From a virus (taxonomy: Duplodnaviria; Caudoviricetes), in the IMG/VR virus record IMGVR_UViG_3300048837_000795, positions 1,424 through 65,423 of that record: a stretch of 64,000 bases of DNA; one strand, given 5' to 3'. Below are positions 36,091 through 46,253 of the stretch, piece by piece. How positions within the stretch are numbered: the stretch's first letter is position 1; every line of letters begins with the position of its first letter. Both the position numbers and the translations under genes were made by a program. The notes beneath the pieces were generated by a model. The model searched no databases. It saw only the letters and a list, made by a program, of their open reading frames with translations, and had not been told where the DNA came from.

Positions 36091-36861
36091 TCACACCCCA
36101 AACGCCGCGCGAGTCTGCTGGAAGAGATTGTCGATCGCGGCCAACGGCACCGCTGCGGCGGACACAAAACACAGCCCGGCATAACCGTTGAACGCCGCGG
36201 CTGCGCTGATTCCGCCCACCAGCAACGCAGCGGATGAGTCCTTGATACTGGCCGGCACGCCAGCCACAACAGTGGTTCGAACCCCGTTGCAGGAGACCGA
36301 CAACTGGCTTGACGGGATAAACCGCCCGACCGTAAAGCTCCACGCTCCCTCCGCCACGCAGCCGGCCGCGGAGGACGCAAACACCGCCGCGCCGGCGGTG
36401 CCGTCTGGCGAAACGCCCATGATCGCCTCGCCCGTGGTTGCTACTTGCAGCGAGTAGCTGCGCTGGTCGCCGGACGCGTCCCATTTCGACATAGCTACCT
36501 GCGCAGCCAGCAAGCTGTTATGTTTGAACCACCCCCCCAGGGTCAGCGTTCCGGTAATATCCAGCCCGGCATCATCCGCCCGTGAGAAATACTGCGTGGT
36601 GCCGTTCATGCTGGCGTAGGGTACCAGCCCCTCCGTGCTGCGCGGCGCGCCGCCGTTATTAGTCAGGGTCCTGCCCTGCCCCGACAGGTCGATGGCGTTG
36701 CCCGATTCGTTGATCGAGGAAAACGACCAGAGCGCGCGCAGGCCCGGCAGCATGAGCATGGTCGGGATTGCATTTGCAATGGCGAACTGCGGCTCGTTGC
36801 GGCCCTGAAAATCAATTGACATCAAGTTGGCCAGCTCGGCGTTATGTTTTTGGGTTGTCAT
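36091..36861 (-). CDS. LamG/concanavalin-A-like tail protein
   Basis: DLSGQGRTLT..LDITGTLTLGGWFK..W.F.VG..L.VG. Confidence 0.75.
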   Translation of the reverse strand: MTTQKHNAELANLMSIDFQGRNEPQFAIANAIPTMLMLPGLRALWSFSSINESGNAIDLSGQGRTLTNNGGAPRSTEGLVPYASMNGTTQYFSRADDAGLDITGTLTLGGWFKHNSLLAAQVAMSKWDASGDQRSYSLQVATTGEAIMGVSPDGTAGAAVFASSAAGCVAEGAWSFTVGRFIPSSQLSVSCNGVRTTVVAGVPASIKDSSAALLVGGISAAAAFNGYAGLCFVSAAAVPLAAIDNLFQQTRAAFGV

Positions 36862-38000
36862 GCAGCACCTCCACCCAGACCCAACTGCGCCAATATCTGC
36901 GGCAGCCGGCGCACCTTGCCGCCGTTGATCGATATACCGTAGGGCGCGGTGAAATTGACCGATTCGATAAAGACGCTGCGCGGATCGCGGCGCAGCTTCG
37001 CGCCCGAGGCGCTGCCGGGTAGGAAGTCGGGGTAAAACAGCCACTGGCCGGGCCGCACGTTCCACGGATTGACCACGTCGCCGTGATAAACGCTCAGCAG
37101 GCTTTCCGCCAGGCTGTATTCGTAGGCATACGTGGTCGGAGCCGGCGCGTAGACCGGCTCGCGGTTCTCGTAGACCCCAAAGGTATAGCGGTTGTAAGCA
37201 ACGTCGCCCAGCGCTACCAATCCCTTGATCACATCCAGCCCCATACGGTCGTTGTTTTCAAGCAGCGGCACGAGGATGGTATTACTGGCAATCGAGCGGG
37301 CATTGACTGCCAGCCAGCCGTTTGGCTCGGCATTCAGCACGGCCAGAATCTTGTCACTCAGCGCCCCGGTGCCGGTCGCGGCCGAGTTATAAACCGCCTT
37401 TTTGAGGATTTCACCATAGCCGGCGCATTTGACGGTCACCGACGCCACGCCGCCTTCCAGCGACAGCGTCTCGGTGGTTTCCGGCCAGGCGTTCTCTTCC
37501 AGGAAGGTCGCCACAATATTGGCGACAGTCGCCGCGGCGCTCGCCGCATCAACGTTTGAGGTCGAGTAGACCCCGCCCATAATGCCGTACAGCGCCTGTG
37601 AGTCGAGCTGATTGGTAAAGGCGGGCTTTTCGCCGGCGGCAACGGGAGCCGGCGTCACGGTCGTGTTGATTGTGGTGTAGAGCATGCGCAGATGGTTGAC
37701 GATATCCAGCACCGGTCCGCGCTCGACAGAACGCCCGCCAATGGTCAGCGCCACCGCGTTGACAAAACCCTGCCATACCACCGCGCCGGCTTCGTCCCGC
37801 GTGGTTACTTCGCGCATCAGCCCGTTCTCGTACCAATCCTCCAGGTAACCCAGCGGTCCGGTCAGGCTGAAATTGGCGCTTTTGAACCCGCCAAACACCT
37901 CGCTGGCGTGGTCGTAGCCGGTGACAATATCCGCCAGCGTTTCCAGCGGAGCCGCGCCCTTTAAGCGCGGCTCGCTCACGTCGATCGATATACCTATCAT
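36858..38000 (-). CDS. Minor tail (baseplate hub-like) protein
   Basis: Position after the Dit-like gene; GGF.SA.F..VWQGFV. Confidence 0.65.
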   Translation of the reverse strand: MIGISIDVSEPRLKGAAPLETLADIVTGYDHASEVFGGFKSANFSLTGPLGYLEDWYENGLMREVTTRDEAGAVVWQGFVNAVALTIGGRSVERGPVLDIVNHLRMLYTTINTTVTPAPVAAGEKPAFTNQLDSQALYGIMGGVYSTSNVDAASAAATVANIVATFLEENAWPETTETLSLEGGVASVTVKCAGYGEILKKAVYNSAATGTGALSDKILAVLNAEPNGWLAVNARSIASNTILVPLLENNDRMGLDVIKGLVALGDVAYNRYTFGVYENREPVYAPAPTTYAYEYSLAESLLSVYHGDVVNPWNVRPGQWLFYPDFLPGSASGAKLRRDPRSVFIESVNFTAPYGISINGGKVRRLPQILAQLGLGGGAA

Positions 38001-40495
38001 GAGTCGCCTCGCATGGACAAATAACGGAAGACCGCCTCGGTCTCCAGCTTGATCACCTGCGACGGCGAGGGCCAGGTTTCCAGGATCTGGATGCCAATCA
38101 ATTGATCTTTATTGGGCGCCAGAGACAGCGGAGCCACGGTCACCGCCGAAAAGCCGCCGTCGGCAATCACCCCGCCAGTCGTGTCCAACACGCCGAATGT
38201 GCGGTGCATGCGCCGCGGGTAAATCGCGTCAACCAGGGCGTGTTTGGTATTGCTGATCTCGCTGACCGTGCCGGCCGGGGTTATCTCTACCACCGACTCG
38301 TCGATCGGGATCAGGATCAGGTCGTAAAGCCGCACAACGCTGCCACTAGACCCCGCTGCGCCGTCCAGCCGGATATGGAATTGGATTTCATCTATCGTTA
38401 TGGCGCTGCCAATCTCCAGGCTGGGTATCTGCACCTTGCCCAGGTCGAGCAGGCTAAACTGGGTAGCGTGCACCAGGTTGATATACGCCTTCGGCCCGGC
38501 CACCTGTGATGTCGAAACGGTGAGCAGCCTGGCCGAAACGGTGCTGACGGCGCCGGCGGTCTGCTTGACCCGCAGGAAGGCCCGGAACACTCCCTTGTAG
38601 TGGTTGGCCAGCGGCGCGGTCATCTTGATATAAAACGTGGCCGTCGGGTTGATCACCGGAACGGTCCACTGCACCGCGCGCCCGGTCGGGGCTGCTCCGT
38701 CAGTAACCCATGCCTGGGAGGCCACAAATGAGGCGAACATGCTAATCTCGGAATTGTCCTGGATATCCGACAGGTTGATATAGGGCGTGAAGCGCGTTCC
38801 TCGAGACAGTGTACGCGACCACAAGATAAAGCGCCTGTTGAGTCCCCCAACGCTCATCATTGAAAAGCGGTGCCGCAGTAGAGCGCGGATATCGCCGCCA
38901 ACCAGCCCGCCGCGCACGTTGACGGACGGCCAGCTGGCCGCGTAGATCTCCCGGTTTTGCTGGCGCGGAACCGGAACGCCGCCGGTCACCGCTGTGACCC
39001 GCAGGCGTACCCAGTAGCCGTACGCGCCGTTGATAGTAATCTTGCCCCAGTCGCTGGGAGCCTCCCAGGCCATCCCGCACACACCCGCGCCGCCCAACTG
39101 GCCCTCGGTGGTCGGCGCGCTCGAGAGGCGCGTCTCGTCTTCGTAAGCCGCGATCTGCGTCCAGGTGGCCGGCGAGTATTCCAGCACCATCGCCAGGTAG
39201 CCCGTGCCGGCCTGCACCAGATCAAAGACCAGCGAGCGGAACGTGCCGCTGATCACCGCCGCGTCATCCACGCCGAAATAGATGCAGTCATTCACGGCCG
39301 GCGCGGCCGGCAGCAAATTGACCGGTTTGGCCGCGCCCAGCAAATTGGCCGAGAAAGTGCCGGCCGAGTCGTCGTAATGATAAATATCCGAGATCTGGCC
39401 CTGCTGCGCCTGGCCAAAGTAGGACTCGCGCTCACATATCTCTGTCCGCCCGAGCGTTACCGCTGTTTCCCGGCGCAGCACCACGTAATCAAAGCGCGCC
39501 TCCTGACCGTTGGTATTGGGACATTGCAGCACCAGGCCGATGGTATTGCAGCCAGGTGGGACGGAAATGCGCTGGCTGAGCGTGCGGAAAGGGACGGTCG
39601 CAACGTCCGGGATTGGGGTAGGAGAAAGCGAATTGATCGGAATGATATCCCCGCCAGATGTGATGTTGGCGACTCGGAAACGCGGCGCGTCGACAAAGCT
39701 GGGTGACAGCGTCCGGCTGGCGTAGAAAAATAAGCGGTAATTGGCCCCGGCCGTGACGGCAATATTCTGCTGGATGTTTGTGTTGCGGTTTGGCCCGGCC
39801 GTCAGCAAGGCCCGCTTTGTTCCGTGCGGTCCGCCCGCCTCGGATACGATGGACCCGTCGCTGGCCGTCTCTGTCCAGTTGGCAAACACATCCGCCCCAC
39901 CCCCGCCGGCCGTCTCGAATGAGCCGTTCAGCACCAGATTCGCCCCGTAGGTGTAGGCCGCGCCATTGGCCGACAATGGCAAACATGCGCCCACGTCCGG
40001 AATCTCGGACAGCCAGTGCCCGCGCTCAAGGCTAAGTGGCCAGTCACTCATCATGGGCAGCGGGCCGCCAAATTCCGGGGCATACGGGTCGCCGTCGGAC
40101 GGCGCGCGGTAATCGTGGATGATGGCATAGCGGCTGTATGTTTCGCGGCTGGAACGCGCCTCGATCCACACCGGGCCATACAGCGCCGGATCTGTCCAGT
40201 AGCCGCGCCCCTGCTCGAGTAGCGCCCGCAGCGCCCGTGTATCCTCGATGACCGCCTCCTGGGTCAGTCCGTTCACATCCAGGGTCAGCGCTTCGATCAC
40301 CGTCGCCCATCTGCGCATGACCATTCTCCGCCCATCAGCCAGCGGCGAGTCGCTCCATACCCCGCCGCCTTTTGGTTCGGCAATAGCCGGACGCATGCTG
40401 TTCAAGTGAAAGCCGTGCTCGCCCGCGAGTTTGATCAGATTGATAGACGTTGTGCCGTCCGTAATTTTGAGTATTGCGTAATTGAGCTCTGGCAT
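37997..40495 (-). CDS. Distal tail-like protein with carbohydrate-binding insertion
   Basis: Immediately after tape measure; NLVLNGSFE..W CBM-type motif. Confidence 0.7.
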   Translation of the reverse strand: MPELNYAILKITDGTTSINLIKLAGEHGFHLNSMRPAIAEPKGGGVWSDSPLADGRRMVMRRWATVIEALTLDVNGLTQEAVIEDTRALRALLEQGRGYWTDPALYGPVWIEARSSRETYSRYAIIHDYRAPSDGDPYAPEFGGPLPMMSDWPLSLERGHWLSEIPDVGACLPLSANGAAYTYGANLVLNGSFETAGGGGADVFANWTETASDGSIVSEAGGPHGTKRALLTAGPNRNTNIQQNIAVTAGANYRLFFYASRTLSPSFVDAPRFRVANITSGGDIIPINSLSPTPIPDVATVPFRTLSQRISVPPGCNTIGLVLQCPNTNGQEARFDYVVLRRETAVTLGRTEICERESYFGQAQQGQISDIYHYDDSAGTFSANLLGAAKPVNLLPAAPAVNDCIYFGVDDAAVISGTFRSLVFDLVQAGTGYLAMVLEYSPATWTQIAAYEDETRLSSAPTTEGQLGGAGVCGMAWEAPSDWGKITINGAYGYWVRLRVTAVTGGVPVPRQQNREIYAASWPSVNVRGGLVGGDIRALLRHRFSMMSVGGLNRRFILWSRTLSRGTRFTPYINLSDIQDNSEISMFASFVASQAWVTDGAAPTGRAVQWTVPVINPTATFYIKMTAPLANHYKGVFRAFLRVKQTAGAVSTVSARLLTVSTSQVAGPKAYINLVHATQFSLLDLGKVQIPSLEIGSAITIDEIQFHIRLDGAAGSSGSVVRLYDLILIPIDESVVEITPAGTVSEISNTKHALVDAIYPRRMHRTFGVLDTTGGVIADGGFSAVTVAPLSLAPNKDQLIGIQILETWPSPSQVIKLETEAVFRYLSMRGDS

Positions 40496-40504
40496 TTGTT
40501 GCCC

Positions 40505-40532
40505 CTATAGAATTATTTAAATAACCGCAAAG
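40505..40532. repeat. 11-6-11 site (copy 7)
   Basis: CTATAGAATTA TTTAAA TAACCGCAAAG; fills the gap between tape measure and next gene. Confidence 0.7.
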
Positions 40533-40535
40533 GAT

Positions 40536-42920
40536 TTATGCCTTTACTGCCCTGGCCACGACCTGCTCGATGCGTGCCTCAAGCACGGAGAAATCGAGGG
40601 CGCTGTTGATGTTATTGCCGCCAAAGTTGAAGGCGTTGTTGATGGTGGTCGAGCGCGTCATCGCCGGGGTGGAAGGCATGGAGCTGAATGAGCCTGCACT
40701 GCCGCGCACACCCGCGCCCTGACTGCCCGCGCCTGGGGATTTGGCATTGTGTACCACCACGCCGTCTACCAGGTAGGTATGGTCGGGATGGTCGACTTCG
40801 ATGTTATAGATATCAAACTCGCCCGGGTAGGCTTCTACAAACGCGACAAAGGCCGGCGTTTTGGAAACCAGCATCTCGCCGGGCGCAAGATCGCATGCTT
40901 CGACCCAGCCGCGGGCAAATGTTTTAAATCTGTGATTGGGTGAGCAGTGATACTGCCGTCCGTCATCGATATACACGCTGACCAGGTCGCTGCGCACCGA
41001 ATGGATGGTCTTTGCCACCAGCGCCGCGACTTGCTCGCCGTCATCGCGCATCAACAAAACTTTGTCGCCCACGCGCAGATCAGCAATCATGGTCATGCCG
41101 CCCGGCACATTGACCGGGGTTGACGCCACAAAGCAGGTGCCAGGCGGGTCAGATGCCGGGCCTGAGCGCGCGCCGTTGATCAGCCGCACCAAATTGTTAA
41201 ACCACTTGGTCAGGTCCTGGAGTTTGCCCGACGCCCACTCGAAGGCCCGCCCTAAAACGTCGCGGATGGTTTTGGCGGCGTCCTCGATCAGCGGGCCAAA
41301 TGTCTGCGAGAGCCAGTCGCCAAACCCGGTCAGCAGCGGGAACAGGGTCTCGCTGATAAACTTCCACACTTCGGTCAGCGCGGGTAACAGCGTCTCGGTC
41401 CAGACCTTACCCAATTCCTCCAGCGCCAGGCCAAACACCGCGCCGAGGAAATCGGTAAACGACTGGAAAAACGGGAACAGCACCGTGGTCATCCATGTCC
41501 ACACACGCTGGATTGCCGGCAGCAGCGTATCTTCCCAGAAGGCCCTGAGTGACTCGATAGCCAGCGGAATATTGGTCGCCAGCCAGTCCCACATGGTTTG
41601 GAAGAGCGGGAAGAGGTTGGCCTGGATCCACTCCCACACCGACATAATCGCCGGCAGTAATGTCTCTTCCCAGAAGCCTTTCAAAATCTCGATGGCCGCC
41701 GGCACGTTGACCGCCAGCCAGTTCCACAGCTGCTGTAAGGCCGGCCTTACCGTACCCTCCCAGAACTGGGTCAGGGCGTCGCGCATGCCCAAAAAGTTGT
41801 TTTCCCAGGCGTAGGCCAGCGCGGCCACGACCGCGGCGACCAGCAGCAGCACGCCGATCAGCGGCGCGGCAGCGGTGACCATCGCTACGATCGCCGGGAT
41901 GGCCGCGGCGATGGTGGTATAGGCCCATACTGCCACAGCCACGGCAATGGCCGCCAGCACCCCCACAATAATAGGCTTATTGGCCATCAGCCAGTTGAAT
42001 CCGGCCTGGAGGATATTAAAGGCGATGGGCATGGCGGTAATAATCACGTTGGCAATGCGCGAGATAAGGCCGGCGATTTGCGGCAATATCTCGCGCACCT
42101 TCGGCAGCGCTTTGCGGGCCAGCTCCATAAAACGTTTGGCCAGGTCCATCACTGCCGGCATAAGTTCTTTGCCAAGCTGCACAAACAGGCCCTGCCCGGC
42201 CATCTTCAAAAACTCAAGCTGTTTCTGCAGCTCGATCGACCCGTCAACAGTATCCCCGCTCAGCGACAGGCCCAATTCTTTGGCCATCGCGTCAGCCTCG
42301 GCAAAGCCGTCGGTGGTCAGCGCGCCTAACGTGTCGGTCAAATCTTTGCCCGACTTGCCAAACAGCTCAACCATCAGCTTGGTCTTTTCCAGCCCGTCCG
42401 GCATGAGCGCCAGTTTATCGGCCACGGCGGTGATGATATCGGTCGACGGTAGTATGTTGCCGTTCGCGTCGCGGAAAGCAATGCCCAGCTTATCCATTAC
42501 CGCCCCGGTTGCGCCCAGCTCGCCCTTGCTGTCGACCAGCCCGCGGGTAAGGAAGGCCATCTGCCCGGTAATGCCCTCGACATTGCCGCCCACGCGCTGG
42601 ATTGCCACGGCCAGCGCCGACGACTCTTCGGCCGACGTGCCCAGCACATCGCCAATGCTGTCGACCGTGCCGGCCCAGCCCATCATGGCCGGGATCGCCG
42701 CGAGCGCCGCGCCGGCCAGCGTGCCGACCGCCGCGGCGGCAGCGCCTAACGCCCCCATCACCACCGCCCCACCCACGCGGGACAAACCTTCGGTCATACG
42801 CGCGCCCGCGCTCTCAGTCTCATCCTTGCCGGTCTTTGTCGCGGCTAAGTATTCCCGCATACCAGCCAGGAAGTCCGCGTTTTTGAAAATAGCCTCAAGG
42901 CCGATCTGCTCTAAACCCAT
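40536..42920 (-). CDS. Tape measure protein with a C-terminal Hint domain
   Basis: LFGKSG tape-measure motif, W-periodic amphipathic repeats, TM region; CF...VHN Hint domain at 40746-41135. Confidence 0.9.
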   Translation of the reverse strand: MGLEQIGLEAIFKNADFLAGMREYLAATKTGKDETESAGARMTEGLSRVGGAVVMGALGAAAAAVGTLAGAALAAIPAMMGWAGTVDSIGDVLGTSAEESSALAVAIQRVGGNVEGITGQMAFLTRGLVDSKGELGATGAVMDKLGIAFRDANGNILPSTDIITAVADKLALMPDGLEKTKLMVELFGKSGKDLTDTLGALTTDGFAEADAMAKELGLSLSGDTVDGSIELQKQLEFLKMAGQGLFVQLGKELMPAVMDLAKRFMELARKALPKVREILPQIAGLISRIANVIITAMPIAFNILQAGFNWLMANKPIIVGVLAAIAVAVAVWAYTTIAAAIPAIVAMVTAAAPLIGVLLLVAAVVAALAYAWENNFLGMRDALTQFWEGTVRPALQQLWNWLAVNVPAAIEILKGFWEETLLPAIMSVWEWIQANLFPLFQTMWDWLATNIPLAIESLRAFWEDTLLPAIQRVWTWMTTVLFPFFQSFTDFLGAVFGLALEELGKVWTETLLPALTEVWKFISETLFPLLTGFGDWLSQTFGPLIEDAAKTIRDVLGRAFEWASGKLQDLTKWFNNLVRLINGARSGPASDPPGTCFVASTPVNVPGGMTMIADLRVGDKVLLMRDDGEQVAALVAKTIHSVRSDLVSVYIDDGRQYHCSPNHRFKTFARGWVEACDLAPGEMLVSKTPAFVAFVEAYPGEFDIYNIEVDHPDHTYLVDGVVVHNAKSPGAGSQGAGVRGSAGSFSSMPSTPAMTRSTTINNAFNFGGNNINSALDFSVLEARIEQVVARAVKA

Positions 42921-42922
42921 GA

Positions 42923-43108
42923 TTACCGTCCTTTCTTACCACGTTTGGATGTGGCCTCTTCCGACTTGCGCTCCTGTTCCTGCGCTTCCCAGCTGCGCAT
43001 CCTGGAAACAGTCGAGGAGTAGGCCATCATTACCGCTAAGTCATCTTCGGGCAGGCACAGATCAAATTCGCTTGGCAGCCGGTTCCAGTCGTGGCAGGTA
43101 TCGATCAT
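42923..43108 (-). CDS. Tail assembly chaperone, C-terminal (gpT-like) part
   Basis: Between chaperone and tape measure; frame stays open upstream into the end of the previous gene. Confidence 0.6.
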   Translation of the reverse strand: MIDTCHDWNRLPSEFDLCLPEDDLAVMMAYSSTVSRMRSWEAQEQERKSEEATSKRGKKGR

Positions 43109-43142
43109 GGCGAAATACGCCTGGTAGCTCCAGTCACCTTCT

Positions 43143-43745
43143 TTAAGCGGAAGGCTTAAGACCTTCTGCCGCTTTTTCCATTTGACGCCGAAACATATCT
43201 TGCGCGGCGGCCCGAGCCTCCTCGCTCACGTTGGTTACCGTGGAAGTCACGGAGAAAATCAGCTCGGTAATATCGTCGGTCGAGCGGATAACCCAGGTAC
43301 GACCAAACAGCAATAATCGCTCGCCCTCATCCTCGGGGATGGTGATTTTCAGCGCCTTCATGCGCATTTTCCAGCGAGGGTAATCGTTGGGCTCAGCATC
43401 GATGCACAGATAGCACGAGGCCATAAATCGCTCGGTGAAATCGGCCTGGAATGCGGTTTCGGTCTTTTCGTAGGCGTCCCACATCGCTATGAGTTCCGGC
43501 GTGTCGGCGTCTTCGCGGCTGTCCAGCTCGATGCGCTGCACTTCGCCGGCGGCAGTGGTGGCCTCGTAGTACGGCTTTGTTGGCAGCTCGCGCCCCGCCT
43601 CTAGCCACTCCGACTCGACCTGCTGTTGGATGACCTGCTCTTCGAGCGGGTTGAGCGGGAAAAGCTTAAATGTTTCTTTTTGTGAATTGGTAAAGGCGAA
43701 TTCTTTCTTCGCCGGTTTTGCCACTTTTGGTTTCGACTGTTTCAT
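43143..43745 (-). CDS. Tail assembly chaperone (gpG-like)
   Basis: Position between major tail and tape measure; GGGGAG RBS. Confidence 0.65.
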   Translation of the reverse strand: MKQSKPKVAKPAKKEFAFTNSQKETFKLFPLNPLEEQVIQQQVESEWLEAGRELPTKPYYEATTAAGEVQRIELDSREDADTPELIAMWDAYEKTETAFQADFTERFMASCYLCIDAEPNDYPRWKMRMKALKITIPEDEGERLLLFGRTWVIRSTDDITELIFSVTSTVTNVSEEARAAAQDMFRRQMEKAAEGLKPSA

Positions 43746-43864
43746 GCCAATACTCCCCAGTGTTGGTGTCTTCGCACCAGACCATCCAGGAGGCGGGGGA
43801 GCGGCGCCTGTTCCCTGGATGATCCGTGCGCAAAGTTTTAATGAACGACTCCCCGACGGTGTTG

Positions 43865-45346
43865 TTAGTTTTCGTTGATCTTGAGCAGCAGCCCGGTGCC
43901 GCCGTTGGCCTCGCCAACCGCGTAGCAGCTGTTTTCCGTCAGCGCCTTGACCGCGTTCAGCCCGCTGTTGAGCGGGGTGGTCAGCGCTAACCAGTTAGCC
44001 CCACCGTCAATGGTGCGCAGCACGGTGCCGACCGGAGCCGCGGTGTTGGAGGCCATAAACCCAACGAAGTCATTGACGTAATCGATATCGCGCACCTGTC
44101 CGATGCCCGAGCCTGTCCAACCAGTGATGCCGACCCAGGTCGTGCCGAAATCGTTGGACTGGTAGAGCAGGCCTGTCGCGGTGCCGACCTGCACGCGCCG
44201 GTCGTTGAAGACAAAGACGCAGTTGAGGCCAGGTGTACCGGTCACTACCGCGCCGGCGGTCCAGGTCTCGCCGCCGTCGCGGGTCACCGCGGTCACGCCA
44301 GAAGCTGCCACGGCCACGCCGTATTTTTCGTCGGCAAAATGCACGTGGCTGTATGCGCCGGCAGTGATCACGCCGCTTTCAACCGCGCGCCAGGTCTCGC
44401 CGCCGTCAGTCGATTTGTAGATATAACCAGCCTTGCCGGCCAGCAAAATCATGTCACGCGATAAGGCAAACAGGCAGCCGCCTGCCGAAGCGCCGTGGCC
44501 AGCCGCCGCGCCGCCAATCGATTTCAGCGTCCAGGATGCCCCGGCGTTGTCCGAGTATGCGACCTGACCCTGACCGCCCGCCGGGCCTTCCTTACCGGCT
44601 AAATATCGCCGGCCTGTTTTGCCAATCGGGAAGGCGGTGATGGCCATCGTGTTGATCCCTGCCCCAAACGGGTCCGCAGCGCCGGCGGCCCAGGTCGCAC
44701 CGTCCGAGGTGAACAGAATATTGCCGGTGGCGGGTCCTGCCGCGCTGTCAGCCGCGATAACAGCCACGTCGCCAGGATCGACCGCCTGGCCGCAGTCGCC
44801 CAAACACTGCCCGGCCGCGTCGGCCCAGATATCATTCAGCGACTGGGTTTCGGACAGCGCCACGCGCCCCACCGAAACCTCCACCGCCTCGATCAGCGGA
44901 GGCCAGGCCTGCACGCTCATGGCGTGGGTAGCGTCGTTGGCCTCATTGTGATGCACGCGGCCTGCGTAGGTGATCGAGTCGATGTTGATGTGATGCAGCA
45001 CCTGCGCCCGCTCGTAGTTGAGCGGGTTGCTTTTATTGCTGCAGGTCGACAGCATGATGTACAGCGCGCCGTTGGAGCAGCGCGCCTTTTCGAGATAGTC
45101 GCGGGTTTTCTTGCTCATGCCGGTAATGGTGGTGGTCACCGGCTCAGGCGGGGCTTTGCGCTGTCCGATCACGTCCCAGCCAGAGCGGTCGGCGCGAAAA
45201 GCTTGATTGATTTCAATTTCCCCCTGGGGGGCCTCAATATCATCGACGTCGTGGCAGCCGAGCCATTTGAGCTCAGTTCCCGGCCCATCGGGCTGGAAGA
45301 AAACTGACCCGTCGCCGGAATTGTATACATAATCACCAGTAGGCAT
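43865..45346 (-). CDS. Major tail tube protein with C-terminal BNR/Asp-box beta-propeller
   Basis: Position; repeated S/T-x-D-x-G-x-T/S-W boxes. Confidence 0.7.
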   Translation of the reverse strand: MPTGDYVYNSGDGSVFFQPDGPGTELKWLGCHDVDDIEAPQGEIEINQAFRADRSGWDVIGQRKAPPEPVTTTITGMSKKTRDYLEKARCSNGALYIMLSTCSNKSNPLNYERAQVLHHINIDSITYAGRVHHNEANDATHAMSVQAWPPLIEAVEVSVGRVALSETQSLNDIWADAAGQCLGDCGQAVDPGDVAVIAADSAAGPATGNILFTSDGATWAAGAADPFGAGINTMAITAFPIGKTGRRYLAGKEGPAGGQGQVAYSDNAGASWTLKSIGGAAAGHGASAGGCLFALSRDMILLAGKAGYIYKSTDGGETWRAVESGVITAGAYSHVHFADEKYGVAVAASGVTAVTRDGGETWTAGAVVTGTPGLNCVFVFNDRRVQVGTATGLLYQSNDFGTTWVGITGWTGSGIGQVRDIDYVNDFVGFMASNTAAPVGTVLRTIDGGANWLALTTPLNSGLNAVKALTENSCYAVGEANGGTGLLLKINEN

Positions 45347-45348
45347 TT

Positions 45349-45741
45349 TTACGCTCCTTGATGCGCCGCTGTTTCCGCGGCATGGATCAGCGCCGCTAAA
45401 TCGACGCCGTAAACAGACTGAATCGCGCCAAACGCCGCCGGCTGGTTGCGTTCCAGGTCGGCCAGCGTCCAGATACCGCGCACGCGCAGCGCATTGGCCA
45501 GCGATGCGCCGGTAGCGCTCAGCACGGCAATCGACTCCCAGGGCAGGCCGTAGGGTACGCCCATATCAAGATCGGTTTCGCTGGCCTGATCCTCGACAAT
45601 TGCATCCGCCGGCACGATCACCCGGTATAACCCGACGCCGGCCTTGTCGTATTCGACCACGGCCGATTCGCCGCGCTGTTCTACCAGCCGGACACTGACC
45701 ATGATTACCTCAGACTCTTCGCTCATTTGCTTTTTCCTCAT
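45349..45741 (-). CDS. Head-tail region hypothetical protein
   Basis: Coupled ORF in the morphogenesis operon. Confidence 0.6.
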   Translation of the reverse strand: MRKKQMSEESEVIMVSVRLVEQRGESAVVEYDKAGVGLYRVIVPADAIVEDQASETDLDMGVPYGLPWESIAVLSATGASLANALRVRGIWTLADLERNQPAAFGAIQSVYGVDLAALIHAAETAAHQGA

Positions 45742-46253
45742 GTGCCGTGCCCGGAGGCTTTCGCGGCGTTGCGCATGGCCGCGCTCATCCAGCGCTCAAA
45801 CAGCGGCTGGTTATCCTTGATAATCAGGTCCTTCCATTCCCGCGCCGCGGTGCCGGGGTGGTTGACCTCGTCTTTCGAGGCCCATCCGCCCGACCTGGAT
45901 GCGCGGCTGGTAAAGGTGGTGCCGGGTTTGGAGCCTGCCGAATACCCGGTCTGGAAGTGCAGGCGCTTGCCGGCCTTCGCGCGGATCTTATGCGGCTTGG
46001 TGCCGTAGTTGAGCCAGTTCCATTTCTCGCGGCCGTGCGCGCTGCCGGCGAGCCGGATCTGGATGGTGATGCCTGCGCCGTCCATCTTCAGCACGGGGGT
46101 GAATTTTGGCTTGTCGCCCTGCCAGCCGGCGGTGGTTTTCTCGAAGTCTTTGACCAGGAACGGCGCGAATTTCTCCATCTCGCCGCGCAATGTGCGCATC
46201 ACGGCGTCGGAGTTGAATTCCTTTGGAACGATCGCCCGTACCTGTCCTGGCAT
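45738..46253 (-). CDS. Tail completion/neck protein (HK97 gp10-like)
   Basis: LNYGTKPHKI..K..L.F..VNHPGT. Confidence 0.7.
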   Translation of the reverse strand: MPGQVRAIVPKEFNSDAVMRTLRGEMEKFAPFLVKDFEKTTAGWQGDKPKFTPVLKMDGAGITIQIRLAGSAHGREKWNWLNYGTKPHKIRAKAGKRLHFQTGYSAGSKPGTTFTSRASRSGGWASKDEVNHPGTAAREWKDLIIKDNQPLFERWMSAAMRNAAKASGHGT

